NCBI GenBank assembly: GCA_030264375.1
Contig: JASCQW010000148.1
Span: 18,874,118 to 18,938,117, forward strand
DNA length: 64,000 bases
Reading direction: 5' to 3'
Origin: Carcharhinus longimanus
Lineage: Eukaryota
In this document: piece after piece, positions 12,401-24,400 of the stretch
Numbering within the stretch: the first letter of the stretch is position 1
Layout: every line of letters starts with the position of its first letter
Translations under genes and position numbers: made by a program
The notes under the pieces: generated by a model
What the model was told of the DNA's origin: nothing
Databases searched by the model: none
The model's input: the letters and a program-made list of their open reading frames with translations, nothing else

Positions 12401-15400
12401 ATCTGTGGGGTAAGAATACCACCAACGTTGGGAATACTTTGGGCAAAAAGATCAACAACTTGTGATATACCTCTCTCAGAAATTGACCTCAGTAAATTGA
12501 GGGAGACGTGAAACAGGCTACTTTGATTTTACACTGTGGCCCAGTTTCAAAATTACCCGCAATATAATTCCATGCATTCAAACATGTGCAGCCAGCCAAT
12601 TTTAACTTGACATGCCCATGTATGTTCTTGAATTTGTTTGCTTTAGTCCTAGGAATTAAGACTTGACAAATTCTGATGCAAGCGCTAATTATTGCCGTGA
12701 AATGGATTCCTGCTTTGTTTGGACAGGAGTTCAAATAACTGGAGTTATCTGTTATGTGTAAAGCTTACATTAGACTAAATTGTGGCCAATTCCCTCTTTG
12801 TCATTTTCTTTGTATATGTTTCAGTCCTTAGTAGAGATCGTATGGGATTGCCAGTAGAAGCGCTGGGCGAATGGGCCAGGAAATGGCAAATGGAATTTAA
12901 TGTTGACAAGTGCGAGGTGGTCCACTTTGGTAGGAATAATGGTAGGAAGGATTATTACTTACGTGGAGAAAAACTGCAGCAGGCGACGGTGCAGAGGGAC
13001 CTCGGGGTNNNNNNNNNNNNNNNNNNNNNNNNNNNNNNNNNNNNNNNNNNNNNNNNNNNNNNNNNNNNNNNNNNNNNNNNNNNNNNNNNNNNNNNNNNNN
13101 NNNNNNNNTTAGCATGGCCAATCAACCTAACCCCCACACCTTTGGACTGTGGAAGGAAACCAGAGCACCTGGAGGAAACCCACACAGACACGATGAGAAT
13201 GTGCAAACTCCACACAGACAGTAACCAAGCTGGGAATCAAACCCAGGTCCCTGTGCTAACCACCGTGCTACCATGCCAGTAAATTAAAATTTCCGGAACA
13301 TCCTTCTACATTTAATTAAAAAACAATAACTTTTTATTTACAGATTCATAATTTCCCAATCTCAGTGGTCCAAGCTCTCATCTATGATGCTTTTGTGGGG
13401 AATAGAAGACCACCAGGAGTCTGCCAGGCAGTGTTTTTACTTATCACTGTCGATCTGGCTTATTGACAAGATCAGCTGGCACTAGGACAGCTGGCTGGCT
13501 GGCTTACTGGCTCTTTGTTTCCGGTGCAACAAATAAGTACACAGCACACTGAATGTAACAGAGGGACAATAAGCAGACATTATACTTAAACTTCACTCAT
13601 CAGTACAGTAGCACTCCTAATGTTTTAGGCTCTGCGGTGTTTTGTAAGTGGGTAGACCCACAGCACTGACCTATTGGGCAGTGGCTGACAGGATCAATGC
13701 CAATGAGCGCACAAGCCTCACTGTTGCTGGTGAGCCTCTAGTTGATGTTGAGGGAATGCTTTTTGGCAAGCTCTCCCTGGTTCAGCAGCTGGAATTCCAA
13801 TGGATGCGTGCAGAAGCTGTGAACTGACAAATCAGTGAATCCCATATATGAGCAAAGAGAGGAAGAGTGTGCTTCTGGAGAATTTTAATTATCTGCTCAT
13901 TTCCCTTATTCACCCAGAGGAACTTTATAGAGGATGATTGTGATTCCATAATGTTAGGTTTTTGTATTTAGTTGAAAAGGGAAGCCTCCAAACAAATCAA
14001 CTTTGAATTTACATTTTCGGTCATATTCCTTCTTGTGCGATTCCATTTCTTAAAATTTCCATTTTAGTTGTTGAATCATCTCAATGCCTTAAGCCAGTGG
14101 AGAGCTCTCCAAATCAGAGCAAAAAGATCCAGTCACCAAGGCTCTTCTGGACAAAAGATCTACCCCCAACAACTTCTAATATTATCCTGCCTAAAAGGGC
14201 AAAGATGACCTCAAATGAATGCAACAGCAAGTGCAGATCAACCATGATCAAGGAAGACAATAGCATTTGCAGAAAGCATGTGGCTAGACGAATGTAGGAA
14301 AAAGAGACTAGGAGAAAACCCAAAGTCATTGTGGTGAATGGATGAAATAAGGACATTAGCCACACCAATATTCAATTCAGGATTTAGGTCACAAAAATAT
14401 CCAATATAAAGTCCAGATAAAACCAATTTTTTCACGTTTTCTGTTTGAACACTCAAAGACCATATGTACTTCCATATTGACCACAAATTTGAACAAACTG
14501 ATCAGTCTTTGTTGAGTAAAGCATCAGTTCTCAGCTGCCTTAATAGACAAAGCATCCAATGATGCTGGGAAATGAGTGTGTTTGGGGTGGAGGAAGAGAT
14601 AAGAAAAAGAGAAAACAAAAAGAACTGAGAGAAGGAGGAGATAGACTCATAAGTCAGAGTCATAAAGGTTTACAGCATGGAGGTAAGTCAGGAGGGAGAT
14701 GCAGAGTTTCACTATTCCTGTGCATAATTCATGCTGCTTTAACAGGAGTACTTGTTAGAAGGACTCCCTGAGCCCAGGGAGTAAATAAAATTAGAAACAA
14801 GAAAAAAAACGACTACTGGACGATGCCTGGCAGGATTCAGGATTTGTTATATCTATATCAACACCCACTTCTGACATTCAGTCACATCATATGCATCAAC
14901 TCAGACTTATCATCAAGAACTATTACTCATTGTATAAACAGTTAGCAATAACAATTTGCATTAAAAGAAAACTTTAAATGGCCAACAAAGCCTCCCAAAG
15001 CACTTCACAGAAGTGTAACAGACTATTATGAAGTCAAGCAAGATTAAAGATAGATCAAATTAAGATAAACCCATTGAGATTTTAATTACTGCTGAGATCA
15101 CTTCCCCATATTCCAGGAAAAGCTACAGGATGACCAAACTCTCCTAATAGTCTGGAAAAAAGTTACATCCTCTTGTAACCAAAAGAACACTGGGAAATCT
15201 CAGCAGGCCTGGCAGCATCTGTAAGGAGAGAAAAAGAGTCCAGATGACACTTTGACAAAGGGTCATCTGGACTCGAAATGTCAGCTCTTTTCTCTCCTTA
15301 CAGATGCTGCCAGACCTGCTGCAATTTTCCAGCGTTTTCTCTTTTGGTTTCAGGTTCCAGCATCTGCAGTATTTTGCTTACATCCTCTTGTATTTGTGGC

Positions 15401-18400
15401 AATAAATATTTCCTAAAACAGGCTAATCAAAACTGTATACAATATTCTAAATGCGATCTCACCAATGCTAGATATAACCTTAGAATTTCCTCTCTGGATC
15501 AACATTGTGTTACTATTCTAACACTCGAGGCTGACAACCTGTGCATCAACTTCCCCTTCACTTAAAAATCTTCTTCCTGTTGAGATAACAGTAAAAAGTC
15601 TGACAACACCAGGTTTTAGTCCAACTGATTTATTTGATAATAGATCTATTATCAAATAAATCGGTTGGACTAAAACCTGGTGTTGTCAGACTTTTTACTG
15701 TGTTTACTCCAGTCCAACGCCGGCATACCCACATCGAGATAACAGTAAGCAGATTTTACTTTGTAAACCATGCTATATTTTAACTTCACTTCAAAATCCT
15801 TTTAGATTTCTGTATATTAATAATTACTCAAATTGACGAACTCAGACCCCACCTTGGATGAATTCTACTATGCAAGTCAGTATACAAGTAGTTCCTCGAA
15901 ATCCAACTGCTTTCAAGCTGGAAACCTTCCAACAAAACGCAACTCACTATCGTCTATTCATGGATCTAAAATTCGCGTAGTCAATTACATAGTTCATAGA
16001 ATCCCTTTAGACTGTCATTTGTCCCATCAAGTCTGCACCTGACTCTCTGATAAAGCATCTCTCCCAGGCCCTATCCCCGTAACCTCACATAATTACCCCA
16101 GCTAATCCCCCAATCTACACATCTCTGGACACAATTTACGATGGCCAATCCACCTAACCTGTACATCTTTAGACTGTGGGAGGAAACTGGAGCATCTGGA
16201 GGAAGCCCACACAGACAATCATCCAAGGACAGAATTGAATTCAGGTCCCTGGTGCTGTGAGCCAGCAGTGCTCACTACTGTGCCACCATTTAGTTTGAAA
16301 TTCCTTTTCAAAGTTAAAGCTAGTAATGCGACATCCCACTTCTAGTCACTACATTTACAATTCCTCAAAAAAGGAACAATGCATTGGATAAGTATGACTT
16401 GCCATTCCCAAAACTAATGGGAGGCTCTCCCTCAAGCTGCCTTTTTATCCTTCACAATAGAGATAAAGCATGCAAATCAATAATTTGTTGATACTTTGGC
16501 TGCCTTTTAAACACAGGAGCTGCAGTAAGATTCCTTCGCCAATTTGCTCAGAACCCTGTTCAATTGGAGTTCAATTCTAGCCTTGGGTAACTCTTTTTGT
16601 GGATTTTGCATGTTCTCCGTGTTTCCACCAAGTGTTCCAGTTTCCTCCACAGTCCAAAGATGCTCAGCTTAGGTGGATTGGCCATGGTAAATTGCCCCTT
16701 GGTGTTCAAAGATGTGTAGATTAGGAGGATTTGTGGGGTAATTATGTGGGGTTACAGGACAGGGCCTGGGTGGGATGCTTTGAAGTCATAATTTGAGGTC
16801 TGGGGCAGGTGCATTACCACCAATATATCCTCTCATGAGATTTATAAAGATTATAGTCTACATTCACAATTTCTCATTTCATTCACAACAACTGCTGGAA
16901 AATCATGGTTTAATATTTTATTTACTTCCCTGTCCGTAGTCACATTTTTCAGTGACCCAACATCCTATGGCATCCTGCATTTTCTCCTTTGTATTTTCAG
17001 CTACGTGTGCTCCTGGTTTCTCAAATTTTCCTCATCAGTAACTTTGAATTTTTCAGTGTGACTTTATAGGTTGCCCTATCTTACCACGTATCTGAACATG
17101 GTAAATTTGAAAAAAAATTTCTCCTTTGCCCAATGGGTTTCTAAACTTTCAATGCTAGTGGTACACTTGTTTCTGGGATAAACTGTTCACCTGTCAGAAA
17201 GACATCTGTTTTACTTCCTATCTTTTTTCCACATCAGTTTTTCTTAATATTTCCTCCCATGTTAATGCATTTCATTAAACTTATCAGCAAGCTTCCTTTA
17301 GCAATACATCCTCACTAGTAGACTGAAACTGGCATTCTATTCACAAGGTACGAAGTGGCTTATCATCTCATCAGTCAACGTTAAATCCAGAATCGCACTG
17401 GGTGTCTTCCAGGTTCGCTTGTGTGTCATTATAAAGGCTAGTCACACACAACTTGAAGAAATTCCTGCTCACAGACTAAATATCCCCTTTATACAATCAC
17501 TGGTGATGTTGAGAAGACAAAAATTTCCTCAATCACAATTAAGATTTAGCACATAGCTATGATTTCCCACAATAGTCATCTATCTCCTCTATTTGGTGAG
17601 CTAAAGATTAATACTATCACTAAACATTTTTCCGATGTGTTTTATTTTGAACAACAACAAAAGAATGATTTAAAATTATGAAACGTTTTGACAGAAAACG
17701 CAGAGAAAATGTTTCCTCTTGTGGGGAAGAGCATAAGTGGAGGCCATCAAATGAGATAGCTACAAAGAAATCCCATACAGAACTGAGAAGAATCTTCTAT
17801 ACCCAAAGAGTGCTGAGAACATGGAACCAGCTGCCACAGAGAATGGTGGAAATGGATAGTGAATGCATTCAAGGGTAAGCTAGATAAATATGAGGGAGAA
17901 GGCAATAGACGGTTATGATGATAGATTTAGACACAAATATTGGAGAAGGCCTTTTTATGACCTGTTTTATCTGAAATCTCACCTTGTTTTTAAAGGAATT
18001 CTACTGTTCTGCACCCTGGACCTCACTGCTTTCAATATACACCAGCCCTTGATATTACACATTTGACTGAACATAATAGAGAAGTAAAGTATTGTTGAAT
18101 TTGTGAAACTACTGATTAAACAGTTGGAGCATAGAATATCCAGAGATGCACTATCACAGAAACAAAATCTGAAAGGACACAAATATTCACTTTAACTATA
18201 CTAGGAAGAACTATTAATGATAAAATTTAAGGGTTTTTAAAAAATGTGGCTTTTTCCACTGCAGAGAAAATACGAGGGGATCTAATAAGGAGTTTCAAAA
18301 TTATTTTGGGAGGATAAATTATAAAAGATTGCTTACACTGGTTGGTAGGTTAGTAACAAGGAATCAGGGACTCCAAGATAAGAGGACACATTAAATTAAG

Positions 18401-21400
18401 TGTTTTCATACAGCCATAACGTGAATACTAAAGCAAATACATGATTCAAAAGACATCTGGGCAAGAATTGAGCAAGCTGAAATATAACTAATAGAAACAA
18501 TGGACAGAGATGTGTGATTAGTCAGCCATTCCAATTGAAGGGCTCTATTGGCACAATGGACTGACTGGTAACTTGCATTGTAAATTCAACTATTCTCTGA
18601 ATTTAGTCTTAATTAGTTAGCTAGCTAAACCTTAGGCATATGCCAAAAGAGGAAAACTGTGCCTCCTGAAATTGGTTGCTACACCAAGAAACCAAAAAAC
18701 CCATGATTAATTAGCAAGTTTAACCCTTGGCTATGGTTTTGAAAATTCTCCCAGTTGGTAATTCAGGTTTTAAAAAACAGAAGGCTCTTGCTCCAGACTG
18801 AAGTTACAAATTGTCATAGTTTTTGTTACAACCAAGTCCATTAGTAACAAGATTTTAACTGAAAGCTAACAAACATTTGCTTTTACAACACTAAATGCCA
18901 GTCCTAACATGGGCATACTGAATTGTGAAATATAAAGCAGGTATAATATGCTCCAATGGGTCACTGCAACTGGGATACTATTTCAAAAGTTAGTAGCCAA
19001 GAGTAGAAGAGGAAAAGTGCCACTTCCCACGCAATGAAAATTGGTTTGAGGGGAAAGAAAATGAACGCTATTTCCAAACTTAAGTGTAATCCAATAACCC
19101 CAATTGAAAATACAGATTTAAACAACACTCGACTCATCTCTGAAAGTGCCTGAAGGAAACCAATACAACTGTATTTCAGAAACCTGCTGGGGCATATCAC
19201 TATACAGGAACATTAATAGCAAATTGAAAACCTCGCAATAGTGCTCTGCCTGTGACCTAATCACTTGCATAAAATTTGAAATTTCAACTCTGGAGTTTCA
19301 TTTTTAGTTACAAAAACAGAAACTGTTGGAAATACTCAGGTTAGCCAGCAACTGTGGAGAGAAAAACAGGGTTAATGGTTTAAGCCACAGACCTGAGAAA
19401 TAACTCTTACACTCTACAGATGATGCTTGGCCTGCTAAGCAATTCTAGCATTTTCCATTTCATTTCAGATTTCCAGCATCTGCAGTATTTTATTTTTTCC
19501 TTTTGCCATTCATTTTCTTGTCATCCTCTTTAAAAGTGGGCAAGGCACCTCATTCAAAATTTGGTATTTTTTGGAACACTTGATAACTTGAAATGAAGAT
19601 AACATCTTAATTGAAATATCTTCTGCCACAGCTCAGTTGGTCCGATTTTTTTATTGATTGGCAAAGGTTTCAAACTGAAGTAGTGTTCAACCCCAGGGTT
19701 CCTATTCCTCAGTTCTCCATACCAATTTATAGGCAGATGACGACTGGTGACCTAGGCCACAGATTATAGTTTTCAAAGAGACAGATTCTTAAAAAAGACC
19801 AGTTATTGACAATGAATGGACCTACAATAAATAAAATTAAACAATGCAACCCCCAAGACGTTGTACAAATTCCAGGATCCATTAACTGAAAGTGGAATTT
19901 GGCCATTTCAATCACAATAAGGTAAGTTTTGCCAACAATCCACTTTGCTGATACTGGTCTTAAAATTGGTCAGCAGAGGGTGCAAGAGACAGCACTGATT
20001 TTTATTGATATTTTTCTTCCTTCAAACCACGATACATGGTTTTAACTATTATGTGGCTAACTATATCTAGAACTTGACATTTTTTAAATTTATGCTGCAG
20101 TGGCAATCATTTAGAATAGGAATTATAAGTGAAATGTTTCTAGTTAACAGTATTCAGCAGTTCATACATATTACATATATAGGATTACAGCTCAGAAAAA
20201 GGCCTTTCAGCCCAACCAGGCCATACCAACATTTCATTATATAAATCTATCAGCAATTTAGTTTAAAGAGCAAACTACTGCAGATGCTGGAAGTCAAAAA
20301 TAAACAGTTTAATAGCAATTTAATTTTTTCAATTTAATCCCAGGTTCAATTCATATCAAAATTTAGCTTGATTTACCATTTAGATGGGACTTTGACACAG
20401 TGGTTAGCACTGCTGCCTCACAGCACCAGGGACCTGGGTTTACTTCCAGCCTTGGGTTGCTGTCTGTGTGGAGTTCACATATTCTCCCCATGTCTGCATG
20501 GGTTTCCTCCCACAGTGCAAAAATGGGTGGGTTAGGTTGGTTGGCCATGCTAAATTGTCCCTTAGTGTCAGAGGGATTAGCATGATAATTAGTAGGGTTA
20601 CAATGCTAGGACTGGGGTAGGATTGTTGTCAGTGCAGGCTCAATGAGCTGAATGGCCTCCTCCTGCATTGTAGGGATTCTATGATTAAGAAGCACCAGTT
20701 TTATTACTTGCCCCAAGTCTGGTTCCCCTTTATGCTCGACCACAGATCACCAAGAGGAAGTTTCTTACTGTATTTCAGTTCAAACAGAGCACGCAACTAC
20801 TAACCAGTCTGTGAGGCAGTCCAAATGTATGGGATCATGGGTAGGTTGGAATGCAGATACCAAGGACTTTTTTTGGAACCCTATTAACCTCGATGATATG
20901 GCTTTGTATCAATCCAAATTCACTGCCCCCTTGTTTGCAATGGACCTGCTCTGGGATATTCTCCATAACAAAAACAGAGCAAACAAAGCAGGAAGTAAAC
21001 AACTCAAAAACCGAGCAGTTGATAAGATGAACACTTTTGGGGGGAAAAAATAAGCCAAATTATGGTTAAATGTAGTATTTTCTGTTCTCAAATGCCTGAA
21101 GTGTTTTGGAATGACTTATTCCTCTTCGAGTGAATAAACAAAATCAAAAATTGCTTCCTAAATTACTCACTGTATTCACTTCTGTTAACAAAAACATTTT
21201 AAAGTTTATTTATTAGTCACAAGTAAGGCTTACATTAACACTGAAATGAAGTTACTGTGAAATTCCCCTTGTTGCCACACTCCGGTGCCTTTTCAGGTCA
21301 ATGCACCAAACCAACACATCTTTCAGACTGTGGGAGGAAACCACAGCATCCGAGGAAACCCACACAGACACAGGGAGATCGTGCAAACTCCACACAGACA

Positions 21401-24400
21401 GTGACCCAAGCCGGAATGGAACCTGGGTCCCTGGCGCTGTGAGGCAGCAATGCTAACCACTGTACCATGCCACCTGCTTCCTTTTCTTTTCAGTGTTTCA
21501 GATCACTCATTACAAATTACACCTATATGCAATGTGTAAAACTGAGCATCTACGTGCCACTCTGGGCTAGTAGCAGAATTGTTTACTGCCACCACATGTA
21601 ACCTCAGTCCAATACATTCTTCAGTTGGCTATCAAACCAGGCAACTGGGTCAATGAGTATGCCAGGAGTAGCATTAGGTGTATTTGAAAATGAGATGCCA
21701 ATTTGGTGAAGTCACATACATACTAAACAATGGAAGCAGCATGCTATAGACAGCGTCAAGTGCTCTGACGACAGATGAGACCAAAATAGGCTCCTAACAT
21801 CCCTGTCCTGATGAGGGGAAATCATTGGAATTTTCTGTCCTGGCAGATTGTGAATGTCAATCACTGAACACATTTAGGCTCAGATAGACAGATCTTTGGT
21901 CTCTCAGAATAAAGGGAAGTGTGGAAATGAGCAGGGAAATAGAGTTGAAGCCCAAGACTGAATGGCACAACAGGCTTGATGGGCTAAATGGTCTGCTCCT
22001 GCTTCTATCTCTTGTTTCCAGTGATGCTGGAGCCCAGATCTTGAAAAGAAGAGACAAGACTGAAGCAGTTCCTATCAGCTTCAGTCAAGAAAGTGTCAAG
22101 CGGATTATCCTTCTCAGCCTCTTCCTGAGTTCCCCATCAGAGAGAATAGACTTCTACTTATTTGGTTCCTTCCACATGATATCAAAGAATGGCTGAAAGC
22201 ACTGGATACAGCTACAGCTCAGGGCCTTGACATTATCATAGCTACAGTACTAAAAACCTGTAATCCATAACCCACCCTGCACCTCAGCCAAGCAATTCCA
22301 GTACAGTTGTAGCACTGGCAATCTACCCAGAAAAGTGGAAACTTACTTGTGTATGTTCAGCTGAAAAAAAGGAAAATTACTGTCTCTTCAGCCTACTCTC
22401 AAGTAAGAATTGTCAAAAGTGCCATCAAACAGCATTTACTTACTCAATTTGGGCTTTACCAGGACCACGCAGCTCCCGAGCTCATTAAGGTTTGGGCCAA
22501 ACATGGACAAGAGTGCTGAATTCCAGCAACGAGGTGAGAATGATTGCATGTGATATTAAGGCAACACATGTGGTTTCAAGGAGCTCTAACAGAACTGGTA
22601 GGAAGATAGTTACAAGGCCAACTATGCAAGCCCAGGACATGCACTGAGAAATTCCTCAGAGGATTGCCATAGGCTCAACCATCTTTGGCTGCTTCACCAA
22701 TGACCTTCATTATCGCAAGGTCAGAAATGGAGATGTTTGCTAGCAATTTCACAATGTTCAGCACCATTTTCAATTTCTCAGTTATAAAACAAGGTTTGTA
22801 CAACACTCAAGCCTGGGCTGATAAGTTGAATAAAATTTGCACATGATTCAAGTGCCAGGCAATGACCATTTCCAATAAAACAAGTCAACCTCTCTGTGAC
22901 ATTTAACATTATCATCATCATCATCAACGAATCCCCTAGCAGCCTGGTCCATTAAGAGGAAATTTAATTGGATCAACCACATAAACACTGTGGGTGTAAC
23001 AAGTCAAACCTGAGTGATTCACCTCCTGACTCCCAAAAGCCTTTCCACGAGCTGCAAGGCACAAGTCAGTATTGTGATGGAGTGCTCTCCGTTTGCCTGG
23101 ATGGAAGCAGCTTCAACAACATTTGGACACCATCCACAACAAAGCTGCTTACTTAATTTGTGTCACATCCACCACCTTAAATTTTCATTGCCTCCACCAG
23201 CTGCACACTGTATGCATTTTTCCAATGCTTCTTTAAAAACACCTCCCTTATTCACAACCTAATGGCTACTTTTACAATACAAGCAAATTAACAAACAGTC
23301 TAGGGGTGTTCCTCTACTCAACTGATAACGTAGCAAAGATCACTGCAGAATGACTAATGCAAAAACGCTGGTCATTTTTTCCACCCCTCCTTCCCTAGCT
23401 TACAGACAGTGGCAAATGACAGCATTCCCTGCAACAGCTAGTCGAGATGAATGCAAATCAGGGACTGGACATGATGTGCTTGGTCTGTAAGTTTTAGTAT
23501 TAATAAATGTGATCAATTTGCCTAGTGAATCATCAGGGAATCCTGCCACTACTTTGTCCAACTGTCACAGATTTGCAAGCCATTTATCCAAACACCAATT
23601 ATCTGTATCGACTAGTTAATTGGCTAGATATTCCAGCATAATTATTCAATTCTCCTGTGCATCAATGCTATCATTTAACACAAAGGAATTAGTAAATGAT
23701 CAGTATCCAAAGTATCCACTTGTCCAAACACATGTGCTTCTCCAATCATTTGGATCATTGTACTGTAAACGCAACTATCAGGTAGAAACTTCCACGTAAA
23801 GATCTATCTTTCATAGCATTAAAATCTGCTGCTACTAAATGGATCGTTAGACATGCAATTTTTCTTGCCATTGGGGATTCAACTTCCCCGGATTGCAGAT
23901 TTAATGAGTCTGATTCTTCCTTCAGACTCTACCCCTTCCTTGGTCTTGATTGTTTTAATTTCTCAGCCGCCTTCAAGATTTCCTTCTTCTTTTTGGTACA
24001 ATGAAAAATAACTTGTTATTCTTCATTTAATTATAGCTTTAAACTTTCAACAAACCAAATACATCAAAATTAATTTTGCTTTAACAAACAAGACCAGAGA
24101 TTTGTTCATAACAAAGGAATATGCAAAGCAATTATTTGATTATTGCACCCAATGAATCCTCACCTAGAAGGAAATGAAGTGCTAATTATTGCAGCAGGAA
24201 TTGGGGAAAAGTTAGGAACAGGGCGAAGGGAGATCGAGACAGAAGAAAAGCAGAGCAGCAGAAAGGCAGGCTACCAAAGCACTCAAAAATCACTGACAGA
24301 GCAGAGACACAGGCTGGACATCTACACTTTTCTTGCAATTGGATCCTTGGTATTAAAACTATATACTGGGCAATGAGCAACTGGACAGTTGTGATCAATG

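Larger units (their letters stand above)
8400..14297 (+). pseudogene. Decayed multi-exon gene nested antisense in a GAPVD1 intron; probable CxC/KDZ (Zisupton/HMGXB3-like) transposase fossil
   Basis: Chain of strong + strand polypyrimidine-AG acceptors (exons starting 9712, 10351, 10589, 11236, 11363, 13344, 13629, 14068) followed by coding-like segments with stops and frameshifts; ordered motifs SNPPCPAC, YPFHTILD..NCGLC..GDANCC, GVAKAT/CP, TVFMADT, IDTH..NKH, ENLKANVFLNE. Confidence 0.55.

Noticed and set aside
13671-13823. Possible minus-strand poison exon with an AG|gtcagt donor
   Set aside because: All frames stop, and the exon-like composition is explained by a + strand coding remnant.
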